Positions 36,460 through 49,461 of a stretch of 64,000 bases of DNA are shown piece by piece. The position numbers and the translations under genes were made by a program. Source of the stretch: Malacoraja senta (lineage: Eukaryota); contig JAXLNO010000033.1 of the NCBI GenBank assembly GCA_038087875.1, positions 186,001 to 250,000 on the forward strand, written 5' to 3'. The notes beneath the pieces were generated by a model. The model did not search any database, had not been told where the DNA came from, and saw nothing but the letters and a program-made list of their open reading frames with translations. Position 1 is the stretch's first letter; every line of letters begins with the position of its first letter.

Positions 36460-37500
36460 TAGCAATGTTACAAAATTTTGAGTTTTTAAAATAAAGTTTG
36501 CAATTTATCCCATCAGATGAAGCATAAAAAGAAGTTTAATTTGACACATAATTCACTTTCATATCTACAGTATTAAAGAAGTTATGGCCATTTGCATACT
36601 CGGAAATTAGCATCTTGTTCCCTATTGCTTTTCCATTGACTTAACACAAAAGCTGTGATCGAGGACAGTTAAAAGCCCATAACTTTCTTAAAAATTAAGA
36701 TAACTGAAAGAAACTTTCAGTTATTATAGATTGAAGCATTCTGAAACAAATATGAAACAATCTTACTTAGAAGACATGAAAGTAAAGCATATAATTAGTT
36801 AGTTACCTAATTGTAGCTAATTACAAAATTCAATTACTAGATCTAAACATCTATCAATTTCTTAAGAATAGATTAACATTTTTAAATAGCCTAAGTGTCC
36901 AAATAACACTCACACAATAATTCACAATATAACATAATTTTTAAATCTCATTTTCATGAATTTACAGGCCAAATGGAAGGAATTGAATGTTTAATACCTG
37001 TAAATTAATGGGGATTTAAATCATCTTGTGAGTGAGGATTTCTGGAACGCGATCGATTGGAACGTTCATTTGCGGTGAATTTAACCCCGTATTGGCATGT
37101 AAAATACTGCCGTTAGTTCGGGGAATAAAATCACCGTGTCGCATGAAAAAATGTGAATTAAAGGCTTCTTAAGAAGCACTTTTATACATTTAAAGAAACT
37201 ACGTTCGTTTACCTGTCCCGCGTGTGAAATCCGTCCCCGTTATCGGCGTTGACGCTTCAGGAGCTGATTTTAAAATTACTCCAGCGCTGACATTGACGAT
37301 TTAATAAAAATAAAAAATACACAAATCGCCACTAGGAACGATTTTTCAGCCAACGCTTGTACTCCAACAAAATATTAACCAGGACAAGGGAGGAGAAACC
37401 CGCGTTTTAACCCCGCCCCCCCCTTAAAGGCGCCAAAATCGCGCACACGGCCAGTGGCAGAATTACAGCGCGACTGAAGGTAAGTTTTGTAACATACCTA
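36460..37500. mobile_element. Non-autonomous TIR DNA transposon (hAT-like, 1041 bp)
   Basis: 16-bp TIRs tagcaatgttacaaaa and ttttgtaacataccta (2 mismatches). TSD tacttag at 36453-36459 and 37501-37507. The empty site aataacatacttagcagc is seen in the gene E promoter (~49211). Confidence 0.88.
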
Positions 37501-37677
37501 TACTTAGCAGCCTCTAACGTGAGGAGGCTAAATTTGTTTGTTTAAGTGACTGACACTAATTCCAATGAATTTGCCTTGATTAGTATTCATAGGTTTTCTC
37601 TGGAGAATATGCAGCTAACTTTAACAACTTTAAAAGCCTGTCAGACCACTGGCAGGAAACGTCGATTATCTCTGGAC

Positions 37678-40600
37678 ATGGAGCTTCCGGTACTCAACCA
37701 GTTAGAGAACATCTTCTACCCTATCCTTGTCATCATTGGTGTTCCTGGTAAACGCTTTATTATTCTGTACCTATGTTTCACCGTCTAGCCTTTACTGTTA
37801 AAAATGTCTGTGTTATTACTTATTGCTTGAGTTACTGATCCAATTATTGTCACCGAAAATGTAAACTACACAATCGAAACAATTGCCAATAAACCCAGCA
37901 TCGTTTAGACAGGCAGATGGACAAGCAGAGATCGGAAGATATAGACATATGTAAACGTGAGCTTTGTTTCAATTGGCGTTATATTTGGTATAGACCTTGT
38001 AGATTGATGCACCTGCCCTGTGCTGTACCCACAATACTTTAAAGGTACAGTATGGAAGCAGACTCGTTGGACACCGAGTCCACACCGATCATGGATCACC
38101 CCTTTACACCATTTCAATGCTATCCCACATTCTCGTTCACTCCTTACACACTATGGGACATTTTACAGTGGCCAATTAATCTACAAACCCGCACGTCATT
38201 CGGATGTGGGAGGAATTCGGAGAACCCGGAGTAAACCAACGTGGACATAGGCAGAACGTTCCAGGATCACTCATACAGGATTGGACTGTGTTGTGCGTTC
38301 TATTGTGTATGTTCCAGCGGTGCTCTTTGCTCTGTGATCGGAAAAAAGCTTTCATATTATCGATATGGATCAGCAATACCTATCTGTTGATTGTCAATAA
38401 TATAGGGCGCGTGTCCTAGGTTGGAAAATCGGGTATATTTCGTGCGTCAGTGGGGTTGGATTGGCTAAATTAGGCACGCGTTATGTTGCGGAGGCTGTGT
38501 AATAGAAAACACAAGAAACCATCATTGTGTTATAACTTTTCCTCCAAAGGAGAATCTGACGTGCTCCTGCCACGGCACACCTGGTTGTGCGCCTCATATT
38601 CACCGGTTATGTCCGTCGCACAATGAATTAACAGGTGTATACAGATGCGCGTTGCCGATCTGTAGTTGGTGCGGACGCTTCTTACTCCATCAACGGTGTG
38701 AAAAAAAATACTGTAATTATTATTAATCGCCAAATCGAAGTGGACTGATGACGCATGCGGTGAATGCTGCCTTAACGATATGAAGGGCGGCAAGTTCAGT
38801 CAATCTGGTCTGTGTCGCATCCAACTGTAATCGGTGTGAGTTTCCTTTGACGAGCTCTTCTCAATTTCCCCAAAGTTTCTGCAATGGGCCGATGCCCGAA
38901 CGGCAACATATGGATAAGTAACCTACCAGCCAGCAGTATACGAGACGAACGATCAAATTGTATGCATCCCCAGAGGGAAATTGGTCTGCCGACAGTCACA
39001 ACACACAAGGTACACGAAAACATGAAATTAAAAGAGAAAACAAAAATAAAAAGACAAGCGAGTGTTTGCTGGCTGCCGTGTGCACAGTACATTCACCGGA
39101 ACAAATGAACAAACAAACGCAGACTTATCCCCTGGGCAGAGGATTCTAAACTAGAGCCCCCCCCCCCTACACCGGGTCCCCCTTTGTTCTCCCACCGTCC
39201 CTCACGGCGGTCCCCGCACGCCGGGTCCTCCATTGTTCTTCACAGCGGTCCTCCCACGCCGGGTCCACATTGTCATCCCCTCCCCCCCTCACGCTCATTG
39301 ATCGCGGGTCGACCGCGAGGCCATCCCGCCATCGAGGCTCCCGTTGCCGCCGAGGACCCCGCTGCCGCCGAGGCCCCATCACCGCCGAGGCTCCCGTCGC
39401 CGCCGAGGCTATTTCGCACGTTGAAGGACAACGGGGCACCTGGCTGCACAATAGCGGAACTCGGAGTGTTGTTGCCATCCAGCACTGGAGACATGGTTTT
39501 ATCCTGATCTGGGACATAGAAATATAGAAACATAGAAAATAGGTGCAGGAGTACGGCATTCGGCCCCTCGAGCCAGCACTGCCATTCAATATGATCATGG
39601 CTGCTCACCAAAAATCAGTACCCCGTTCCTGCTTTTTCTCCATATCCCATGATTGTGTTAGCCCTAAGAGCTAAGTGTAACTCTCTCTGGAAAACATCCA
39701 GTGAATTGGCCTTTGTGACAGAGAATTCCACAGATTCACAACTCTCATGGGTGAAAATGTTTCCCCCCCCATCTCAGTCATAAATAGCCTTCCCCTTATT
39801 CCTAAACGGTGATCCCCGGACTCCCCCAACATCGGGAACATTTTTCCTGCATCGAGCCTGCCCAATCCCTCAAGAATATTATATGTTTCTATAAGATGCC
39901 CTCTCATCCTTCTAAATTCCAGTGAATACCAGCCCAGTCGACATATTCTTTCGACCCAGGGACGCTTCTTGAGTGGAATTTTCACGTGCTCCCTGTTGAT
40001 TGCGTTGATTTAAAAGGCAGCTCTGGCTTCTTCCATATCTCAAAGATCCGGGCGCTCTAGATTCCTCTCACAACCCGTCCTGTATTGTCGGGGATCTGGA
40101 TTCTGCAATTTGTTACTGGTTTGCAGGGAATGGATACGAATGTTGGATAACATTGAACTAGTGTGAATGGGTGATAGATGACCGGCACGACTCGGTGTGC
40201 TGTACAATCATTCAATCCATCAAGCAATGATCCAGGGAGAACATACGCCCGCACAGGGAGAAGGTGCAAACAGCACCAGTGACCAGTATCGATCCTAGGT
40301 CGCTGGGGCTGTCAGGCAGCAGTGCTCCTGCTGTCCATTTGCCTTGAGGGAAAGGGTCGATAAAATCGAACGCCTTATAAAGCAAGTGCGATATGAAATA
40401 TAGTTTACCAGAGGCGTGAATTGGATGCAGTATTTGCATTCATATCTATCGCGAAACCAATCTGCGACTGGTTGTGAGGAAGGTACGTCTGCCAACGACA
40501 CATACCGTAGACTCGCTGCGATTTACTTCTATATCCAATGTATTAGACCTGCTTTGACTACAGAATGCTTCTTGTTTTAAAGTTGATGCTACGTTCTGCC

Positions 40601-42044
40601 TGCACATAGAAGGTTTTACGATAAGGTATGGCGCTGGACAGTGATATGCAAATTAGCCTTTATTCTTTGCTCTCCGCGTTCCTCCGTGGACGAGAGAATA
40701 GCCGTCACCATTAATTTGAATCAACCATACCCATCAGAAATTAAAAAATCTTTCTTCGATGCACTGTGGGTCTGTTTATGCAGTCATGTCATTTTACGCA
40801 ATATTCTGTGCATTATAAGCTTCCGAACTGCACCTTCCGGGTATTCATTCAATAATCAGAGATGTGTAGGCGACACGAGTAAAAGGAGCGTGTTATATAT
40901 TCCAGTCTGAGGAAGGGGCTCGACCCGAAACGTTACCTATCCTTCGGTCCATAGATGCTGCCTCACCCGCTGAGTTTATCCAGCATTTTTATCTACCTTC
41001 GCTTTTTCCAGCATCTGCAGTTCCTTCTTAAATATTAAAATACTCCATTTACGTTCGTTCGAACAACTGTGAAACTGATGTTCTCCTGGAAAAATGAATG
41101 TTGGTGATTTTGGTTTCGTGTTTTCCACAGCTAACCTGATGGCGATCACCTTTCTCTCCCGGGGAAAGAGTGGTCTCTCCAGATGTATAACCCTCTATCT
41201 GGTATCCATGGCCGTAGCTGATTTAATGGTTCTGATCTTCGAGGTAATTCTCTGCGAGTTGTCAGTTGCTTATTTTCCGATTATAGACTTCTCCCCATAT
41301 CCCCTGTCTTCGCTATAATATCTAGCTATTACCTATCTTGCTATTTCCTTCCTCTACTGCTCACACGTTTAAGCTGCATTTTGTCAATGTATTTTCATCG
41401 ATGGCTAACGGTGGCTTTCACCTCCGATCGATTTATCTCTATTTGGTCATCAGAATTTACGAGTAAAATATTGCTCTGAGAAAACTGCGGCTTTGGTAAT
41501 AGCAGTGACGTGTATCTTAAGTATTACTCAAAATATCCCAATGTATTTTTCCCACGTACCGCAAGACATAATTCACAACGTGGCTTGGTATTGTGGCATA
41601 ACCCCACAATTCTACATGTCACCGTTATGGGCAGCACTTTGGGTGATATAAACCATTTTATCTCCATTTGCGTCAATTTTACTGATTATTCTCTCAAAGC
41701 CCTGACAATCCATCACATTATACACGTCAGTAGAGTGAAGAGCGGGCTCCGAGGGAACAAAAAGGCCGAGAGCGGCGCAGATTAAGAGGTGGAGAACAAA
41801 AGGAAGTCCACCATTCTATTTCTGGCCATATCCGGTAGCTTCGTACTACTTTGGATGGTGACCTTAGGATCAGATTTCAACGAACCATTTACCATTTAAA
41901 AACAGTCCGGATATATGTTGGGGGCTCTCAGTGCTTGCACCAACACGTTCATTTATGGAGTGTCTCAAAGCAAATTTTGGGAGGAATTTAAAAAATGTAA
42001 TTAAGAGCCCATTCGTTGTTTTTTTTCCAATTTAATAAAGTTAA
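37678..42044 (+). pseudogene. GPR139-like pseudogene D (exon 1 37678-37747; exon 2 41131-~42044)
   Basis: Exon 1 (MELPVLNQLENIFYPILVIIGVP) and both splice sites are intact. Exon 2 has a ~60-nt insertion with a stop at 41316-41318, several indels, a CAA>TAA change at 41783 and a TM6/ECL3 deletion. Confidence 0.92.
39514..39955 (-). mobile_element. CR1 3' end inserted in the intron of pseudogene D
   Basis: YSLEFRRMRGHLIETYNIL..NLWNSL; (TTTCTATG)n tail at ~39514-39540. Confidence 0.85.
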
Positions 42045-43059
42045 TGTCTCGGTGAAACTGAAAATCCGTTTCGAAATTACGTAGTCTTCTTTATGTCATT
42101 GCCTCCCACTGTCCGTGATACATTTTGTACCAGCGAGTCATTGCCGTCTCTCAGAGTAATGTCTTTCGTCACTTTCCCCCTCCTCGCGCCCATTCAATGT
42201 ATCTCTATAATTGCCATGTAAATACTCACTGATGCTACAACAGTCCAGCTACCACAGGGCGGTATTTTACACGCCATTACTCTGTCAACCAATTGCGTCT
42301 TTAAGACGTGCAAGGGAACTAGAGCCCCCGCGGGAAATTCCCGCTGTGGTCGGGATCATATGAAATCCACACAGCACCAGATGACAGGATCAGAAGGGCA
42401 GTCTGCAGGTGCATCATCTACAGGCAGATAAGGCTTGTTAACTGCAATACTTTGCACGACATAGCAATTATCAGAATAGATATCTTGTTACAATTGGATA
42501 TAAAAGTAATTTATCGACGGGTAAGTTGCTGTACTTTAACACAATTACCTTCAGATGTTCGTTCACATAAAATAATCTTACAATATGCTGGAGGTGTTCA
42601 GCCGGTCAGGCAGCATTTTGGAGAACATAGAGAGCTGACGTAATAACAAGGAACTACAGAAGATGGTTTCTATCGAACATTGACACAAAATGTTGAAGTA
42701 ATTCAGCGGATCAGGCAGCATCCCTCGACGACGTAGATGGGCGACTATTTGGATCAGACGCTTCTTCAAACTGAACAAGGTTTCCGACCCGAAAAGTCGT
42801 GCTGATGATCCGCTGAGTTAAGCCAGAATGTGTGTCTATCTATAGATAGGTGACGTTTCGGATCGGCACCCTTGTCAAACACAGTACAGTCCTGACATTC
42901 AGTGTGATCGCAAATAACCGATTTCCCTCTTACCAAGGTGCAGGCGAAATTTGGGGGCACGGTGGTAGTGTTGTGGGCTCACAGCGCCAGATGCCCGGGT
43001 TCGATTCTGACAGGGACTACTGACTGTATGCAGTTTGAATCCGGGTTTTCACCCACATC

Positions 43060-46000
43060 AATCCTGGCTGATCTCTGCCACCTAATACCATTTCCTGCCT
43101 TCTCCCCATAGCTCTTGACTCCCGTTCTAATCAAGAACATGTCTATCTCGGCCTTTAGAATATCCACTGACTTGTCCTCCACAGCCCACTGTGGTAATGA
43201 GTTCCACAGAGTAACTACCCTCTGATTAATGATGTTCCTCCTCACCTTATTTCTAATCGAGCGCCTTAAATTCTGAGGCTATCACCTCTGGTCCTAGACT
43301 ACCACCAGTGGAAACATCCTTTCAACATCCACTCTATCTACGCCTTTCATTATTCTGTAAGTTTCAATGAGGTCCCCGCAACCTTCTAAATTCCAGGGAG
43401 TAGAGGCCCAGTGCTGTCAAACGCTCTTCATATGCTAATCCACTCATTTATGGAATCATTTTTGTTAACATTCTCTGGACCCTCTCCAGAGCCAACACAT
43501 CCTTCCTCAACTTACTCACAGTACTCCAAATGCGGCCAGGCCAGCGCCTTATAGAGCCTCAACATGACATCTCTGTTTTTGTTTTCCGGTCCTCTTGATA
43601 TAAATGCCGGCATTGAATTTGTCTTCCTTACTACCTAATCGACTTGCAAAGTCACTATTTGGGACTGCCAAAAAGTTAATTTGCAAAGTGCCTTTGCACC
43701 TACGATTACTGGATTCTCTCTCAATTTACAAAACAATCTACGCCTGTATTCTTATTACCAAAATAGATAACTCCGCACTTTGCTATACTGTATTTCATCT
43801 GCCTCTTCTCTGCCCACACTCCTAACCTGTCCACGTCCTTCTGCAGAATCTTTGCTTCTTCTGCACTGCGTGCCCCTCCACCTATCTTAGCAACATCTGC
43901 AAAATTAGCCTCAAAGCCTTCAATCCCCTTAACCAAATAATTAATATACATCGTGAAGAGAAATGGCCCCATCACCGATTCCTGCGGAACTTGTCACTGT
44001 CCGCCCACCTGAACTAGTGCCATTTATTGCAACTCTTTGCCTTCCGCCATCCAGCCAAACCGCTATCCATGCTAGTATCTTCCCTTTAATACCATGGGCT
44101 CTCATCTTCCCCAGTAGCCTGACGTGCGGCACCTTATCGAAGGCCTTCTGACAATTTGGGTAAACAACATCTACAGCCTCCGCTCTGTCGGTCCTGCTAT
44201 TAACTTCCTCAATGAACTCCAGCACATTAGTCAGGCAAGGTCTTTCCTTCACAAAATCATGCTGACGTCGCCTATTTTATCGTGAACTTAAAACCACTGC
44301 GTTACCTCATCCTTAATTGTCTCTAAAGTCTTAGCAACCACCGAATTCAGCCAAACCGGTCTATAGTTTCCGCTCTACTACTTTGCTCCCTTTATGTACG
44401 GCGGGGTGATAGTCGCAATTTACCAATCTTCAGGAACCACTCCTAACTCGTGATTCTTGAAATACCATAAATAATGCCTCCACAATCTCTGAGGCCACCT
44501 CTTTCAGAACCTTGGCGTGCCGTCCATTCTGTCCAGGTGACCTATCCACCCTCAGACGTTTGAGTTTTCCTACCACTTTCTCCTTAGTAATCACAAGGCG
44601 TGGAGAGGGAATCCTGGAGAGCCTCAGTATGACATCTCTGTTTTTGTTTTTCAGTCCTCCAGATATAAATGCTAGCATTTCAATTTGCCTTCCTTACTAT
44701 CGATTCGATTTGCAAATTAACGTTTTGTGAGCACTGGTGCAGGATTCCCAAAAAGTTAATTTGCAAAGTCCCTTTCCACCTCCAATTCCTGGATTCCCTC
44801 TCTATTTACAAAATAATCTACGCCTTCATTCTAATTACCAAAATTCATGACTCTGCACTTTGCTATACTGGCTTTCATCTGCCACTTCTCTGTCCACCTT
44901 CCTAACCTGCCCAGGTCCTTCTATAGAGTCCTTGCTTCCTCGACACTGCCGGACTCTCCACCATCTGCAAACTTTCCACAAAGCCTTCAATCCCTATATC
45001 CAAATCATTAATATACAACGTGAAGAGAAGCGGCCCCAGCACCGATACTTGTGGAACTTCACTAGTCACAGTCAGCCCAATTTAAAAAGCGCCTTTTAGT
45101 ACAACAGTTTGCCTTCTGCCACCCAGCCAACACGCTAACAATGCTAGTATCTTCCCTTTAATACTATGGTCTCTCATCTTCCCTCGCAGCCTGACGTGCG
45201 GAACCTTATCGAACGTATTCTGATATTCTAGGTAAACAAAATCTACCGCCTCCCCTCTGTCTGTCCTGCTATTAACTACCTCAAAAACGCCAGCAGGTTT
45301 GTCAGGCAAGATCTTCCCTTCACAAAACCAGGCTGACGTCGGCCTATTTTATCGTGAACGTCCGACTACTGCGTAACCTTATCCTTTATAATTGACTAAA
45401 ATCTTAGCAACCACCGACGTCAGGCTAACCGGTCTATAGTTTCCGTTCCTCTGATTTGCTCCCTATATGTACAGCGGGGTGATATTCGCAATTCACCAAT
45501 CTTCAGGAACCACTCCTAACTCAAGGGATTCTTGAAATATCTCAAATCATGCCTCCACAATCCCTGAGGCCACCTAGTTCAGAACACTGGGGTGCAGTCC
45601 AACCGGTCCAGGTAACTTATCCACCCGCCCTCAGCCATTTCAGTTGTCTTAGCACCTTCTCCTTAGAATCGGATGGCGAGGAAAGGGAATCGTGGATTCC
45701 CTTTGTAAAATTGTAAATTTGACCAGAGAAAAAGAAGCGTATGTCAGGTTGAAGTGAAGCGTATGTCAGGTTGAAGCGTATGTCAGGTTGGACCTAATCG
45801 GGTCTATACAATGTTATTGAAGGAGACCAGAGTGCAGATTGCTTGTTTTGGTGCATCTGCAGAAGCTTGGAAGTGTCACTAGAGACATACCGAATTTTCG
45901 CAGTCCCCGAAGGACGTAGAGACTTCAGAATACGTTCGAACCTGTCCAAGTCCTTCTGCAGTCCTTGCTTCTTTTCCACTGACTGACCCTCCACCTATAT

Positions 46001-47850
46001 GAGCATCATCTGCAAACTAGACGTAGTTGTGGATTCATTGTGTGTCGTCCACACAGAACTATCAGAATATTAACGCCAAGCAGATTGAAGCTCTCAAACA
46101 TTCCAACTTCCGTATCATTGAAGCTGGTGGGATATGTTCATACTGATGTCAATATATATCTTTCATCTGCTGTCATTGAGGTAGACATCGACAGGTTGGT
46201 TTTAAGTTTGCAAACAAAGCAATCATTGCTGACGTTTCGGGAAGGGAGGAAGGCTGTCAAAACTACACAGTGGGATGTTGGTCAGCTGCAGAAATATGCG
46301 GGAAATAGCAGATGAATTTCAATCCCAGTAACTGGGAGGTGTTGCACGTACGTCCACAAGTTGTATATGTAGAATTCGGCCCATCTCTACTCTACTCTGC
46401 CATTCAATCGTGGCTGATCTCTGCCGCCTAATCCCATTTTCTGCATTCTGTCTATAACCCTTGACACCCGTTCTAATCAAGAAATTGGCTATCTCTGCGT
46501 TTAAAATATCAACCGACGGCCTCCACAGCCCCTCGTGGCACTGAATTCCACAGATTAACTACCTTCTGACTAAAAAAGTTCTTCCTCATCTCCTTTCTAA
46601 AAGAGAGCCCTGTAATTCTGAGGCGATGACCTCTGGTCCTAGACTGTCGCTGCAGTGGAAACAACCTTTCTGTGCCTTTCATTATTCTGAAAGTTTCAAT
46701 GACGCCCCCCCTCTACCTTCTAAACACCAATGAGTGGTGACCCAGTGTTGTCAAACGCTCATCGTTTGCTAACCCACATATTCCTGGAATCATTTTGGTA
46801 TATCTTATCTGGACCCGCTCCAGAGCCAGCGCAACCTTCCCCAGATATGTGTCCCAAACCTGATCACAGAACTCCAAATGCTGCCTGACCAGCGCCTTAT
46901 CGAGCCTCAGCATTACAGCTCTGTTTTCCAATACGCTTGATATAAATGCCAGCATTGAATTTACTACCAATTCGACTTGTAAATTAACTATTTGGCGGTC
47001 CTGCACCAGCACTCCTATGTCCCTTTGCACCTCTGATTTCTGGATTATGTCCCCATTTACAAACTAATCAACGCCTTTATTATTATTACCAAAATGCATG
47101 ACTCCGCACTTTGCTATACTAGATTGCATCTGACACTTCCCTGTCCATTCTCCGAACCTGTCCAAGTCCTTCTGCAGTCCTTGCTTCTTTTCCACTGACT
47201 GACCCTCCACCTATATGAGCATCATCTGCAAACTAGACGTCGAAGCCTTCAATCCCCTTATCCAAATCATTAATATAGAAAGTTAAGAGAAGCGGACCCA
47301 GCACCGACCCTTGCGGAACTTCACTAGTCACTGTCAGCCCACCTGAAAAAGTATATTTTATTGCAACTCTTTGCCACACAGCCAACCCGCTATCCATGCT
47401 GGCATCTTCCCATTAATAACATGGACACTCATATATTTCCGAGCAGCCTGACGTGCGGCACCTCATCGAAGCGCTTCTGCAATTCTAGGAAAGCAAGATC
47501 TACCGCCTCCCCTCTGTCTGTCCAGCTACTAACATTCTCAAAGAACACCAGCAGATTAGTCAGACAAGATCATCCCTTCACAAAATCATGCTGACGTCGG
47601 CCTCTTTTATCGCGAACGTCCAACTGCTGGGTAGCCTCATGCTTTATAATTGACTCTAAAATCTTAGCAACCACCGACGTCAGGGTAACCTGTCTATAAT
47701 TTCCGCTCTTCTGTTTTGCTCCCCTTATGTACAGCGCGGTGATATCCGCAATTGACCAAACTTGGGGAATCACTACTAACTCAAGTGATTCTTAAAATAT
47801 CACAAATATTGCCTCCACAATCCATGAGGCCATCTACTTCAGAACCATGG
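43060..47850 (-). mobile_element. Array of locally duplicated CR1 RT remnants
   Basis: Three related copies (~43550-44617, ~44618-45700, ~46880-47850) encode CLTN.LEF.E.V..RTD..EAVDVVY...QKAFDKVPH-type fragments. Confidence 0.85.
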
Positions 47851-49164
47851 GGGGGGGGGGGGAGTCCGTGTTTCTGAACAAGCCCAAGGAGATCGTAATC
47901 CTGACAAGGAAAAAAGAAGTGTATGTCAGGTTGAAGTGGGTGGCTGGACCTAATGGGTTCCTTCCAAGGTTTTTGAAGGAGGCGAAAGAGCAGATTACTT
48001 ATTTTGGTGCATCTGCAGAAGCTTGGAAGAGTCACCAGAGACATACCGATTGTTTTCAGTTTCTGAAGGACGTAGACTTCAGTGTGTCTTCTTAGCTGTC
48101 CCATCATTGTGTTTGGACCACACAGATCATACTGTATATTAACGCTAAGCAAATTGAAGCTCTCAAACATTCGAACCTCCACATCATTGAAGCTGATGGG
48201 GCATGGTCGTACTGGCCAATACCTATCTCTTTCATCTGCAGGCATTGAGATAGATATAGACGTAGGTACGTTTTTCTGATGTCTGCAGACAAAGCAGATA
48301 TTGCTGAAGTTGCGAGATGGGAGGAAAGTTGTAAAACTACACAGTGGGATGTCGGTCAGCTGCAGAAATATGCGGGGAAGTGGCAGATGGATTTAAATTT
48401 CGGTAGTTAGGAGGTGTTGCCTTTTGCGAGGTCAATGTAAGGCGAAACGATACGGTTGACGGCAGGACTCTTAACAACACTGATATGAAGAATGGTGTTC
48501 GTGTCCAGATGCGTAGCTCCCTGAAAGTGGCATCATAAGCAGAAAGCATGGTACAGGAGGCGTATGGAATGCTTGCCTACGTTGGGCGGGCTTTGATTAC
48601 AAATGTCACGAAGTCACGATGCTGTTCTCCAACAGTATGGTTAGGCCTCATTTGCAGGGTTGTTTGCCGTTCTGGGCGCCCCTTACAGCAATGACGTGGA
48701 GGCTTTGGAATGGATGCAAAAGTGTTTTACTGGAATTCTGCCTCGATTGGACTGTATTTGTTACAAGGATAAGTTGGACAAACTTTGATCGCTTTCTCTG
48801 GAATGTTGAAGGAGGAAGAGAGACGTGATATAAATAAACACAATTGTGGGAGGCATAGATGAGGTAAATTGTCAGAAACTTGTCCTTGCTGGGATGGACT
48901 AGAAGGCATATGTTTAAATTGAGAGGGTCAACATTTAAAGCAGATACGCGGTCAGGAGGTTTTGTAGGTAGTGGCGAGTGCATGGAACGAGCTACCAGGG
49001 ATGGTGGTGAAAGCAGATGTGAGATTTGTGCAAGAAGCTTTTAGATCGGCATATGGATATGCGTGGCTAATTCAACATTACATTAACGCGGGAATCGGAG
49101 AATGCGAATAGATTAATTAATATATGTTCTTACTTATAATTCTCCCTATTTTTGTGTAACAGAG

Positions 49165-49391
49165 TAACATAATATCTATTTTATAGAACAATGCTGGCAG
49201 TTATTGCGCAATAACATACTTAGCAGCAGCTAACGTGATGAGGTTAACTTTGTTTGTTTAACTGACTGACACTAATCCCAATTAATTTGCTTTGATTCGA
49301 AGTCATATGATTTATCTGGAGAATATGCAGCTAACTTTAAAAGCAAGCGACCTGTCAGACCACTGGCAGAAAACGTCGATTATATCTGGAC
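49165..49391 (+). promoter_or_regulatory. Putative proximal promoter/5'UTR cassette of gene E
   Basis: TGCTGGCAGTT, TTGTTTAA, TAATCC, GTCATATG, TATCTGGAGA and CTTTAAAA occur in the same order as in the other paralogs. Confidence 0.6.
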
Positions 49392-49461
49392 ATGGAACTG
49401 CCGGTGCTCAACCAGGTAGAGAACATTTTCTACCCTATCCTTGTCATCGTTGGTATTCCTG
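49392..49461 (+). CDS. Gene E coding exon 1 (MELPVLNQVENIFYPILVIVGIP + G)
   Basis: ATG at 49392, 70 nt long, donor cctG|GTAAG at 49462; 1603-nt phase-1 intron. Confidence 0.9.
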
